DNA of 64,000 nt from an uncultured Gemmatimonadaceae bacterium. Its GTDB lineage: Bacteria; Gemmatimonadota; Gemmatimonadetes; Gemmatimonadales; Gemmatimonadaceae. Under the pieces are notes generated by a model. That model worked only from the letters and a program-made list of their open reading frames with translations. It made no database searches and was not told where the DNA came from. Shown piece after piece: positions 51,824-63,124 of this stretch. Made by a program: the position numbers and the translations under genes. The stretch's first letter is position 1. Each line of letters begins with the position of its first letter. The stretch lies in the NCBI GenBank assembly GCA_963843845.1, contig CAWJMB010000002.1, positions 800,001-864,000 of the forward strand, given 5' to 3'.

Positions 51824-54800
51824 ATGGTCATCTCGGATTTCGCGATCAGCCGACCGCTCGTCACCGTCGTCGCGATGCTCGCGCTCGCGCTGTTCGGGCT
51901 CGTCGCGCTGCTTCAAGCTCAAGACGGACGAGTTCCCCGACGTCGCGCCGCCGTTCGTGCTCGTCGCCGTGCCGTATCCGGGCGCGTCGCCGGACGGCGT
52001 GGAGAAGGAGATCCTCGACCCGATCGAGGAGCAGATCGCCGCCATCACCGGCGTGAAGCAGCGTCAGCGGCAAGGCGTTCGACGGCTACGGGCAGATCCT
52101 CGTGGAGTTCGAGTTCGGCAAGGACCTGAACGAGGCGACGCAGGAGATCCGCGACGCGATCTCGGGCATCCGCTCCGACCTGCCGACGGAGATGAAGGAG
52201 CCGATCATCAAGAAGTTCAACGACACCGACCGGCCGATCATCTCGCTCGCGCTCGCGTCGACGACGCAGGACGCAGGCCGCGCTGACGCGACATCGCCGA
52301 CCCCGGCATCACGCGCGAGCTGCGCTCGATCAGCGGCGTGGCCGAGGTGACGGTGTTCGGCGAAGATCGAGCGCGAGATCACGGTGTTGCTGAAACCCGA
52401 CGCGCTGCAGGCGAACGGCGTCAGCGTGTCGCAGGTGGTGCAGGCGCTGCAGCTGCAGAACCTCGCCGCGCCGGTGGGTCGGGTCGAGGGCGCGCTCGAC
52501 GAGCGGTCGATCCGTCTCAAGGGGCGCTTCGTCGATCCGAGCGAGTTCGCCGACCTCGTCGTCGCCGACCCGGCCCGGCGGCGCGCTCGTGCGCCTGGGC
52601 GAGGTCGCCGACGTGCGCGACGGCACCGAGGAGCCGCGCTCGCTCGCGCTCTACAACGGGCGCGAGGCGGTCGGCATCGACATCAAGAAGTCGAAAGGGT
52701 ACAGCACGACCGACGTCAGCGACCGGATCCGCGAGCGCGTCGTCGACATCCAGAAGCGACTGCCGCCGGGGACGAAGCTCGAGCTCGTCAAGGACTCGGG
52801 CGTGCGCGTCGACCACGCGGTGAAGAACGTCGAGGAGGCGCTGCATCGAGGGCGCGCTGCTCACCGTGCTCGTCGTGTTCCTGTTCCTGAACTCGTGGCG
52901 CTCGACGGTCATCACCGGCCTCGCGCTGCCGGTCTCGGTGCTCGCCAGCTTCATCGCCGTCTGGGCGATCGGGCTTCAAGCTCGAGACGATGTCGCTGCT
53001 CGGCCTCTCGCTGGCGATCGGCATCCTGATCGACGACGCGATCGTGGTGCGCGAGAACATCGTGCGGCACGTGGAGATGGGGAAGGACCACTTCCACGGC
53101 GGCGCACGACGGCACCGACGAGATCGGGCTCGCCGTCGCGGCGACGACGTTCTCGATCCTCGCGGTGTTCGTGCCGATCGGCTTCATGCCGGGGGTCGGC
53201 GGCCAGTGGTTCAAGCCGTTCGCGCTGACGATCGCCTGCTCGGTGCTCGTGTCGCTGTTCGTGTCGTTCTCGCTCGACCCGATGCTCTCGGCGTACTGGG
53301 CCGACCCGCACGTGCCGCCGAGGAGCAGCGCGGCTGGATCACGCGGCGGCTCGACCGTTCAACGCCTGGTTCAACCGGCCAGGCCGAGCGCTACCGCCAC
53401 GTCATCGCGTGGGCGCTCGACCACCGCGCGGCGATGGTGGCGCTGGCGATCGGCACCTTCTTCGCCTCGTTCACGATTCCGGCGCGCGGCCTCATCGGGC
53501 TGCTCGCGGCACTCGTCGGCGTGGGGATCGCGATGTTCGCGCTCACGCGCAAGCCGGCTGGCCGCGGCTCGTGAAGCTCGGCCGGCGTCGCGGCCGGCAT
53601 CGTGGTGTTCGTGCGTGCTGCCGCCGCTCGTGCCGGTCGTGGCGCAACGTCGGCGTCGGCTTCTTCCCCGAGGACGACCGCTCCGAGTTCATCATCGCGC
53701 TCGAGACGCCGCCGGGCTCGAACATCGGCGTACACGCGGCTCAAGGCGCAGGAGGCGGCGCGCGCTCGCGCGCGCGCACCCGGAGGTGCGAGTACACGTA
53801 CACGACGCTCGGCGGCGGCGCGTCGCGGCGGCGGTGGACGTCGGCAACATCTACGTGCAGCTGGTGCCGAAGTCCGAGCGGACGCGGAGCGCCGAGCAGT
53901 TCGCGACGCGAGCTGCGCGACGGAGACGAAGCAGCGTCGCCGGCGTGACGCTCGCGGTGTTCACGAGCGACTTCGGCGGCGGGCGCAAGCAGCTCCAGTT
54001 CCAGCTCGCGCGGCAGCGACCTCGCGACGCTGAACCAGCGCCGCCGAGCAGGTGATGGCGGTCGTGCAGCAGCACGCCGGGCGCGGTGGACGTCGGCCTG
54101 TCGACGAAGGGGCAGAAGCCCGAGCTCGAACGTGGAGCTCAACCGCGGCGTCGCCGGCTCGCTCGGCGTCACCGTCGGGCAGGTCGCGCAGTCGCTGCGC
54201 CCCGCGTTCGCCGGCATCGACGTCGGCGACTGGCAGGACCCGTCAGGGCGAGATGCGCGACGTGCAGGTGCGGCTCGCGCCCGAGGCGCGGCGCAACGCC
54301 GACGACCTGCGGCAGCTGCCGCTCGTCGTGCCGGGCCCGAACGGCGCGCCGACCACGCTGCCGCTCGGCCAGGTGGCCACGGTGCACGCAGGGCGTCGGG
54401 CCGGCGATCATCGACCACCTCGACCGCGACCAGGTGGTGGCGGTGCAGGCGAACACGTCGGGCCGCGCCGACGGGCGACGTGACGAACGACGTCAGAACG
54501 CGGCTGGCGAAGCTGCACCTTCCCGCCGGGCGTCACGCGTGTCCGCTCGGCGGCGACGCGCAGGACCAGCAGGAGGTGTTCGGGCAGATCTTCTTCGCGC
54601 TCGGCGTCGCGGTGATGCTGATGTACCTCATCCTCGTCGTGCAGTTCGGGTCGTTCCTCGATCCGCTGGCGATCCTGATGTCGCTGCCGCTGTCGCTCAT
54701 CGGCGTGCTGCTGGCGCTCGCGATCACGCGGCACACGATCAACATCATGTCGCTCATCGGCGTCATCCTGCTCGATGGGCATCGTGGCGAAGAACGCCAT

Positions 54801-55186
54801 CCTGCTCATCGACTTCGCGAAGTGGGCGCGCGAGAAGGACGGGCATGCCGCTGCGCGAGGCGCTGATCGAGGCGGGCGCGATCCGGCTCCGGCCGATCCT
54901 GATGACGACGTTCGCGCTCATCGCCGGCATGATCCCCGTGGCGCTCGGCCGCGGCGAGGGGGCGCAGTTCCGCGCGCCGCTCGGCGTCGGCGATCATCGG
55001 CGGCGTGCTCACGTCGCACGCTGCTGACGCTGCTCGTGATCCCGACGTTCTACGAGATCATGGACGAGTGGCGGCAGCGTCTGGCGCGCCGGTTCGGCCG
55101 CCGGCCGTCGCAGCGACGGCGGAGCATCGGGTGCCGGACGGAGCGCGGTCGGCGAGGTGCCGGGGTTCGCGGCCAAGGCGGGCTGA
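51824..55186 (+). CDS. AcrB/AcrD/AcrF-family RND permease, many frameshifts
   Basis: [54 protein letters not shown]. End approximate. Confidence 0.88.
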
Positions 55187-55213
55187 GGAGCCGAGGGCCG
55201 GCGGGAGATGGCC

Positions 55214-55254
55214 GGGGATCGGGGCTCGGGGACGACGGACTCGAGTCCCCGATC
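55214..55254. terminator. GC-rich hairpin after the RND operon
   Basis: GGGGATCGGGGCTCG ... CGAGTCCCCGATCCCC. Confidence 0.5.
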
Positions 55255-55362
55255 CCCGATCCGCAGCGGAGCCCGGGCAGTAGCTTGTGCCCTCCCCGTC
55301 GCGCCGGTGCGTACGCCTCCGACACCCGATCGCGACTGCCGCTCGGTCGCCGCGTCGCGCCG

Positions 55363-55946
55363 CTGACGCCGCTCCAGGCGCTCTGGGCGTACATCACGCT
55401 CGGCGCGTCGACGATCGTGACCGAGGAGCTGACGCCGATCGTCGGCGGGCTGGCGGCGTCGCAGGGCGAGCTGGGGCGCGCAAGCGTCGTGTTCGCCGTC
55501 GTCGATCGGCGGGTGGGTCGCGACGACGCTGCTCTACCTGCTCGGCGCGTGGCGCGGGCGGTGGGTGCGGCGGCGGTGGCCGACCGTGGGGCGCTACATC
55601 AAGAAGGCGCTGCGCGCGGTGCGTCGTCGGCCGTGGCGGAGCGCGCTCGCCGTGCGGTTCGCGTTCGGCGCGCGGCTGCTGCTGCCGGTGGCGTGCGGCG
55701 CGGCGCACGTGCGCCCGGTCGTCGTATCTCGTCGGCTCGGCCGTCAGCTCGATCGTCTGGTCGGCGCTGTTCACCGAGGTCGGCTACCTGTTCGGCGACA
55801 CGGCGCTCTCGGCGCTCAAGCGGATGGAGCGGTACGACCAGTACGTGATCGCCGTCGTCGTCGGCGCGGCGATCGTGGGCGCGCTGATCTACCGCGACCA
55901 CCGGCAGCGGCAGAAGCGCAGACCGACGGCGGCCGGCGCCCGTTGA
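55363..55946 (+). CDS. DedA/VTT-domain membrane protein, frameshifted
   Basis: TEE.T...GG..ASQG, LY.LG.W.G, RFAFGAR, GYLFG. Start approximate. Confidence 0.75.
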
Positions 55947-55978
55947 GCGAGCCGTCGGCCGACGGTAGACTCCGAAGG

Positions 55979-56530
55979 ATGTCGTCTCCCCGCCTCGCGG
56001 CCGCACTCGTGCTGCCGCTCCTCCTCGTCGTGCCCGCCGCGCACCCCGCGCACGCTCAATCGCTGCGCGGCTCGCCCGCGAAAGTCGAGCGAGCGTACCG
56101 GTTCGCGCAGTCGCGCGGCATCGCGTTCACGCCGACGCGGAGCGCCGTCACGAACGGCGTGCGCGACGGCGCCTACGTGCCGCTGCGGCCGAGTGGGTCG
56201 ATGCGGTTGAAGGGGGTGGCGCTGCCGTACGTGCGGCCGGCGACGCGGTCGTTCGTCGTGGCGCTGGCGTCGCGCTACCGAGCGGCCTGCAAGGCGCCGC
56301 TCGTCGTGACGAGCGCCATCCGGCCGACCGCGGCGCAGCGGCTGCTGCGGAATGGCGTCGAGAAGTCGGTGCACCCGACCGGGATGGCGGTCGATCTGCG
56401 CGCGCCGGTCGGGAGCTGTCGGCTCTGGCTGCGGCGCGAGCTGCTCGCCGCGTCGCGCCGCGGAGTCGTCGACGCGACCGAGGAGCGGCGGCCGGCGCAC
56501 TTTCACGTGACCGTGTTCCGCGCGCCGTGA
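55979..56530 (+). CDS. DUF5715-like exported protein (M15/LAS-type Zn peptidase-like motifs)
   Basis: Signal peptide AHA|Q, VTSAIRP, SVHPTGMAVDL (HxxxxxxD), HFH. Confidence 0.7.
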   Translation: MSSPRLAAALVLPLLLVVPAAHPAHAQSLRGSPAKVERAYRFAQSRGIAFTPTRSAVTNGVRDGAYVPLRPSGSMRLKGVALPYVRPATRSFVVALASRYRAACKAPLVVTSAIRPTAAQRLLRNGVEKSVHPTGMAVDLRAPVGSCRLWLRRELLAASRRGVVDATEERRPAHFHVTVFRAP

Positions 56531-56559
56531 CGCGCCCGGCGCGCGATCGTCGCCTTTCG

Positions 56560-58914
56560 ATGATCCGACACCACTCGCTCGATCGCGCTCGGCGCGTCGC
56601 CGGAACCCTCGTCGTCGCGGCGTTCGTCGGGGGGGGCGTCGCGGCCTGTTCGGGCGGGAGCGACACGCCGGTGACGCCGGCCGGCCCCGCGCCGGTCGCA
56701 CGCGTGACGGTCGGCGGCGTCGGCGGCGCCGCGGACTCGCTCACCGTCGGCGACCGTCGCGCGCTGACCGCGTCGCTCGCGGCGGCGAACGGCGCGTCGC
56801 TCGCCGGTCGCACGATCGCCTGGACGTCGAGCGACGCGACGATCGCGGCGGTCGACGGCACGGGCGGCGTCAGCGCGCTCGCTCCCGGCCAGGCGACGAT
56901 CTCGGCCGAGAGCGAAGGGGTGCGCGGGCAGACCGTGGTGTCGATCCGGCGGCGTCCGGTCGCGAGCGTGCGCCCGGAACGAATGGCCGACACGCTCTGG
57001 CTCGGGCGCCCGAAAGTGCTGCGCGCGCAGGCGTACGCCGCGGACGGCACGACGCTCGTCGACCGCGCGGTCACGTGGAGCGTCGCCGACTCGACGCTCG
57101 TGACGCTCGTCGCGGCGCTCGACGGGTCGGTGACGGCGCGCGGCGTCGCGTTGGGCACGACCCCGATCACCGTGCGCAGCGAAGGCAGCACGGCGACCAT
57201 CCCGCTCGTCGTCGTTCCGGTGCCGGTCGCGCGCGTCGCGCTCACGACGCCCGACACGGTCGTCGTCGGCCGTACCGCCACCGTTCGCCTCACGGCATTC
57301 GCTCCCGACAACACCCCGCTCACGGTGGGCGAGCTGGCCGGGCGCGCGGCGGCCTGGGCGAGCGACCGTCCGGCGATCGTGTCGCTGTCCGCCGTCGACG
57401 CCACGACGGCGACGGCGCGCGGCGCGTCGCCGGGGAACGCGACGCTCTCGGCGACGCTCGCCGGGGTGACGGGGAGCTACACGGTCATCGCGGCGCGGCC
57501 GGCGGTGGCGCGCGTGCTCTTCGCGCCCACGACGCTCGCGCTCTCGACCGGCGCCTCGGCGACGGCGACGGCGACGGCGGTCGACGACGACGGGCAGCCG
57601 GTCGATGCGGAGATCCTGTTCGCGATCACGACCGGCGGCACCATCGTCCGCACGACGTCGTCGGTGGCGGTCGGCGGGCGGGCGACGGTCCGCATCGACG
57701 GCGCGGCGCCGGGCGCGGCGGTCGTCTTCGCCGCGGCGAACGGCAAGGGCGCGACGCTGCCGGTCATCGTGACCGATCCGGCCGGCGCCGCCCTGCGCGC
57801 CTTCCCGACCACGATCACGGCGACCCCCGGCACGCGCGCTCGCCTCGCGCTCTCACTCACCGACGCCGCCGGGATGGCGCAGACGCCGACCGGCGTGGTC
57901 TACCGATCCAGCAGTCCGACCGTCGCGACGGTCGACGCCGACGGCCGCGTGCAGCTCGTCGCTCCCGGCTCGGCGACGGTCACGGTCACGGCGAACGGGC
58001 GAACGGCGACGGTTCCGATCACCGTCGCGGTGCCGCCGGCGACGACGTTCACGATCCGGCTCGTGCCGGTGGGCGCCGTGCCGCCGGCGGTGATGACGGC
58101 CGCGCAGGAGGCGGCGAACCGCTGGCTCCGCGTCATCACGAGCGAGCTGACGGTCGCGCAGATCGATCTCGATCCGAGCCAGTGCGATTTCGGCACGACG
58201 AGCCTGCACACGGTCTCGACCGGGGTCGTCGTCTACGTGCGCGCGGCGAACATCGACGGGGCGCGCAACACGCTCGCCTACGCCGGTCCCTGCGTCGTCC
58301 GCGCGTCGAGCAGCGGCCTGCCGCTCGTCGGCGCGCTCGTCGTCGACTCGGCGGACGTCGGGCTGCTCTCGGGGACCGGGGCGGCGCTCGGGGTCGACGT
58401 CCTGACGCACGAGCTGGGGCACGTGCTCGGCATCGGCACGATCTGGGAAGGGGGGACCGCCGGCGGGCGGCTCGCGCAGACGATCGGCGACGACGTGCGC
58501 TTCATGGGTCGCTCCGGCGCCGAGGCGGCCTATCGGATGGGGCTCACGGCCGACCCGGCGTACGGCGCGCCGATCGAGGACGAGGGCGGAGCCGGCACGG
58601 CGGGCGGGCACTGGCGCGAGCGGGTCTTCCGCGGCGAGCTGATGACGGGGTGGATCAACCCGTCGCCGAATCCGCTCAGCATCCTGTCGGTGCTGTCGCT
58701 CCGCGATCTCGGCTACCAGGTCACGGAGCTGGGGGCGGACGTCACGTCGCCGCTCACGATCGGCGGGGGGACGCTCTATCCGCTCGGCCCGGCGTCGGTC
58801 GCGGCCAACCGCATTCCGTTCGGCACCGTCGTCGAGCCGTTCCAGATCGGCGAGCGGCTGATCCGGCCGCGGTACGAGGCCGACGCGCGCGGCACGCGCC
58901 CCATCGCGCCGTAA
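56560..58914 (+). CDS. Lipoprotein with tandem Ig-like (Big_2) domains and a C-terminal leishmanolysin-like (M8) zinc metalloprotease
   Basis: Lipobox VAAC, W.SSD..IA.VD..G repeats, HELGHVLG, GHWRE, ELMTG, LRDLGY. Confidence 0.85.
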   Translation: MIRHHSLDRARRVAGTLVVAAFVGGGVAACSGGSDTPVTPAGPAPVARVTVGGVGGAADSLTVGDRRALTASLAAANGASLAGRTIAWTSSDATIAAVDGTGGVSALAPGQATISAESEGVRGQTVVSIRRRPVASVRPERMADTLWLGRPKVLRAQAYAADGTTLVDRAVTWSVADSTLVTLVAALDGSVTARGVALGTTPITVRSEGSTATIPLVVVPVPVARVALTTPDTVVVGRTATVRLTAFAPDNTPLTVGELAGRAAAWASDRPAIVSLSAVDATTATARGASPGNATLSATLAGVTGSYTVIAARPAVARVLFAPTTLALSTGASATATATAVDDDGQPVDAEILFAITTGGTIVRTTSSVAVGGRATVRIDGAAPGAAVVFAAANGKGATLPVIVTDPAGAALRAFPTTITATPGTRARLALSLTDAAGMAQTPTGVVYRSSSPTVATVDADGRVQLVAPGSATVTVTANGRTATVPITVAVPPATTFTIRLVPVGAVPPAVMTAAQEAANRWLRVITSELTVAQIDLDPSQCDFGTTSLHTVSTGVVVYVRAANIDGARNTLAYAGPCVVRASSSGLPLVGALVVDSADVGLLSGTGAALGVDVLTHELGHVLGIGTIWEGGTAGGRLAQTIGDDVRFMGRSGAEAAYRMGLTADPAYGAPIEDEGGAGTAGGHWRERVFRGELMTGWINPSPNPLSILSVLSLRDLGYQVTELGADVTSPLTIGGGTLYPLGPASVAANRIPFGTVVEPFQIGERLIRPRYEADARGTRPIAP

Positions 58915-58917
58915 CCG

Positions 58918-58964
58918 CGTTCCGCCGTACCTCGTCCGCACGGCGGACGAGGTGAGGCGGAACG
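58918..58964. terminator. Long hairpin between convergent genes
   Basis: CGTTCCGCC..ACCTCGTCCG / CGGACGAGGT..GGCGGAACG. Confidence 0.65.
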
Positions 58965-58973
58965 GGCGGGGGC

Positions 58974-61324
58974 TCAGGGTCTCGCGTTGAGCGACGTTTC
59001 AAAGAGCTCGAAGATGCGCCGGTACTCGTCCGTCCACGACGACGGCCGCACGAACCCGTGGTCCTCGACCGGGTACGGCGCGAGCGACCAGTTCGTCTTG
59101 CCGAGCTCGATCAGCCGCTGCGTCAGCTCGACGATGTCCTGGAAGTTGACGTTCACGTCGACCATCCCGTGCGCCATGAGCAGCGGCGCCTTGAGCCCCT
59201 CGGCGAAGAAGATCGGCGACGAGCGGCGGTAGGCGAGCGTGTCGTGCTGCGGCAGGTTGAGGATCGCGCGCCGTGTAGCCGTGGTTGTAATGCGACCAGT
59301 CCGTCACCGAGCGGAGCGCGGCGCCGGCGCCGAAGTAGTCGGGGGCGGTGAACAGCGCCATCAGCGTCATGAAGCCGCCATAGCTGCCGCCGTAGATCCC
59401 GATGCGCTTCGGGTCGATGCCGTACTGCGTCTGCAGATACTTCACGCCGTCGACGTGATCCTGCAGGTCGCGCCCGCCCATCCAGCGGTAGATCGCCGTG
59501 CGCCAGTCGCGTCCGTAGCCGGCGGAGCCGCGGTAGTCGATGTCGAGGACGACGTAGCCCTTCGACGCGAGGTACTGGTTGAACATGTACTCGCGCGCGT
59601 AGCTCGACCAGTAATTATGCACGTTGTGCAAATAACCGGCGCCGTGCACGAAGATCACGGCCGCGCCGTTCGGCTGCGCGCCGCGCTCCTGCGGCCGGTA
59701 GATGCGCGCCGGCACGCGCTGGCCGTCGCTCGCCGGGATGGCGACGATCTCCGGCTTCTGCCAGTCGAACGCGAGCCACTCCGCCGTCGGCGACACGGTG
59801 AGCTGCGCCCCCGTCGCGTTCGGGCGGTTCGGCGTGATGAACAGCTCCGGCGGCCGGTTCGCCGTCGAGTAGACGTCCGCGAACATCGTCTCGTCCGGCG
59901 ACAGCGTGGCGTTGTGGCCGCCGACGCCACTCGTCAGGCGCACGCGCGGCGCCGCCCGCGATCGCCATGCGATAGACGTGCTGTTCGTACGCCGACCCTT
60001 CGCTCGTCGTCAGATAGAACGTCCGCCCGTCGCGCGAGAGCTGCACGCCGTTCACCTCGAACTGCCCCGTCGTGAGCTGCCGGCGGTCGCTCCCGTCGGC
60101 GTTCATCGAGTAGAGGTGCGCGTAGCCGTCGGCCTCGCTCACGAAGTAGATGCGGCGCCCGCCGTCGTACCACCCGGCGCAGCGCGAGCACGGCCCGCCG
60201 ACCCACGCCGAGTCGGTCAGCACGTCGACGACGTGCACCGCGCCCGAGTCGGCCGAGACCGTGGCGAGGTAGCGCTGCTTGAAGTCGCGCGTGTTCGCCG
60301 TCACGAGCGCCATCGTGCCCGCGTCGTTCCAGCCGACGATGCTCGCCTGTGACGACGGCCCGGTCCCGTCGGTCGGCGCGATGCGCAGCACCTTCAGCGA
60401 GCCGCTCGGCAGCGTCGCGAACAGCAGCCGGCCGCTGCCCTGCGCGTCGCCGACCTTCGTGCGCCCCTGGATCGCTTCCGTGTAGCCGCTCGCCGTGATG
60501 TAGTTCGGAACGATGATTCCCTGCGCGCCCTCCGCCGGGATGTTCGTCGACAGCACGAGCGCCGCGGCGCGCGGCGAGACCGCGACGCCGAACGCGCGCT
60601 CGTTCGGCAGCAGGGTGAGCGCCGGGACCATCGGTCTCAGCATGTCGCGCTCGGCGGCGGCGACGCTGTCCTGCCACAGCCGGTCGCGCACGGCCTCGAG
60701 CAGCACGCGCTGCTCGGCCTGGAGGGCGCCGCGCTGCGTCAGGGCGGCCGCGGTGGCCTGCGCGCTGCGTCCCGCGGCGGCCGCGCCGGCCGCGGTCGGC
60801 GTGCGGATGTCGGTGAGCTGCCGCGTCAGCCCGCCGTCGAGCGTCAGTGCGTAGACGTTGCCGTCGCGCAGGTAGTACAGCTCCTTCCCGTCCGCGCTGA
60901 AGCTCGGGCTCGACTCCGCGGCGAGCGTGGCCGTGAGGCGCTTCGCCGCGCCCCCGTTCGCGTCGATGAGATAGAGATCGCCGTTCGACGACGCCGCCCG
61001 CCGCCGACGATCCGGCGACATGAGCCCCTGCGTGACCGACACCGTCGCCGAGTCCATCTGCAGCGTCGTCACGCGCTCTGGCTTCGCGCCGGCGACCGCA
61101 CGCACGCGGAACGGACGCGCCGGCTCGCGCCACGACGCGCCGGGCTCGAGCCACGAGAAGTAGATCCACTTGCCGTCGTTCGACCAGCGGACGTTCGACG
61201 GCTCGCGGCCGTAGAGCTCGGGGCCGCGCATGATGTTCGGGATGGTGAACTCGAACGTCGACGCCGACTGCGCGCCGAGCGGCGCCGCAGTGCCGAACGC
61301 AGCGAGGAGGAGGAGCTTGCGCAT
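58974..61324 (-). CDS. Secreted S9-family dipeptidyl peptidase IV-like protein; frameshifts near 59945 and 59268
   Basis: Signal peptide, propeller, [35 protein letters not shown]. Confidence 0.88.
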
Positions 61325-61408
61325 GGAGAGACGCGGTGGCGGGAGATGCGTGTGGACGTGCGTGCCGAGAGTACGCGCGGGGCCGTCGGATCGTGACGCC
61401 GGCGGCCG

Positions 61409-63119
61409 CTACGGCGACTCGGCCGCGACGCGGTCGTCCATGAGATCGAGTGCGAGCGGGTCGTCGGAGGCGGGGACGCGCAGCGTGAACACGCTCCCGC
61501 CGCCGTCGCGCGACGTGTGATCGAGCGAGCCGCGCTGCGCCTCGGCGAGCGCGCGTGCCACGGCGAGGCCGAGTCCCGTGCCGCCGACGTCCGGGGAGAC
61601 ACCCCGCGCGCGATGAAAGGGCGCGAACACGCGTTCACGCTCGTCGGCCCCGATGCCGGCGCCGCGGTCGCAGACGGAGAACGCGAGCGTGTCGCCCTCG
61701 CGCACGACGTCGAGCACGATCGGCTCACGAGGCGGCGCGTACTTCACGGCGTTGTCGATCAGGTTGCCGAGGATGCGGAGCGTCGCGACGAAGTCGAAGC
61801 AGCCGACGAGCAGGCCGCCGTCGTCGCGGAGCTGCGTCACGACGGCGCGGTCGTGCAGCACGCCGCCCGCCTGCCGCAGCGCGGCGCCGACGACGTCGTC
61901 CGCCGTGTTGATCTCGGGCGCGAGCGGGAACGCGCCGGCGCGGGCGCGCGACAGGTCGAGCACGTCGGCGACCATGCGACTCAACCGGTCCGCCTGTTCC
62001 TCGATGACGAGCGCGTTGCGATCGCCGCGCCGCGCGCTCTCGTTCGCGAGCGCCTTGATCGTCGTGAGCGGCGTGCGCAGGTCGTGCGAGACCGTCGCGA
62101 GCACGAAGTCCTTGAGCCGATCGGCCTCGCGCACCGCCTCGGCGCGCTCCGCCTCGGCGACGAGCCGCACGCGCTCGACCCCCAACGCCGTGTAGTGCGC
62201 GAGCGCGTCGACGAACGTGCGTTCCGACTCGTCGAGCGCGAGCCCGGCGGCGCGCACGAGCCGCAGCGCGCCGACCGGACGCTGCCGAACGTAGAGCGGC
62301 ACGAACGCATCGCGCGGCGCGTCGGCGAACGCGGCGGCGATGCGCCTCGCACGCGCCGCCGGATCGAGCGCGTCGTGCTCGCCGAGCGGCGGGGCGCCGT
62401 CGGGAGACGTCGCGCCGATCGCGCCGATCGCGGCACGGGCGCGCGACTCGGCGTGCGGATCCGAGTACGCGGTCGCGTCGGTCGGTGCGAGCGCCGTCGG
62501 GCCTGGCGCCGTCGGGCCTGGCGCCGTCGGGCCTGGCGCCGTCGGGCCTGGCGCCGTCGGGCCTGGTGCCGTCGGCGCGAGCGCGGCGCGGCGCAGCGAG
62601 CCGTCGGTCACGTCGATCGCCCACACCTCGCACCGATCGAGCTGGAGCGTGCGCGCGATGACGTCGGCCATCGACGCGAGTGCCGCGTCCGCGCGACCCG
62701 CCGCGAGCGACTCGGCGCCGAGGTCCGCGAGGCGCTGCACCTCGTGCGCGCGGCGCTGCGCCTCGTCCGCCTGCCGCTGCTCGCGCGCCAGCAGTCGCGA
62801 CGCGCTGTCGGCGACGAGGAGGTACGAGATGAGCACGAGCCAGTCTGCCGGGTCGTCGATCGCCGAGGTGATCGTACGGCGTCTGGAAGAAGAAGTTGAT
62901 GAGGAAGAAGCCGGCGAGCGCGAGCGCGAGCCCGAGCCGCCGCCCGCCCATGACGCCGCCGAACAACACGACGAGCAGCAGCGTGAGCGCGATCGGCGCC
63001 TGCCGCTGCACGAGGATGGCGCGCTGCCAGCGAAAGACGGCGGCGATGCCGAACAGCACCGAGAAGCCGACGACCCACGTCCACGGCCCCCGGATGCGCC
63101 GGCGCAGCGTGTCCGGCAC
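61409..63119 (-). CDS. kdpD: KdpD-like sensor histidine kinase (4TM DUF4118 + GAF + HK); one frameshift near 62864
   Basis: NFFFQTPY..L.I.DP.DW TM signature, VSHDLRTPLTTI, NLIDNAVKY, GTGLGLA. Lacks the N-terminal KdpD/Usp domains. Confidence 0.75.
62491..62575. repeat. 15-bp tandem repeat GCGCCGTCGGGCCTG x5+ (PTAPG repeats in the kinase GAF region)
   Basis: Read directly from the sequence. Confidence 0.92.
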
Positions 63120-63124
63120 CCTGT

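Noticed and set aside
48709..55946. Calling the RND operon and dedA pseudogenes
   Set aside because: All domains and motifs are present full-length, and the indel pattern fits sequencing error better than decay.
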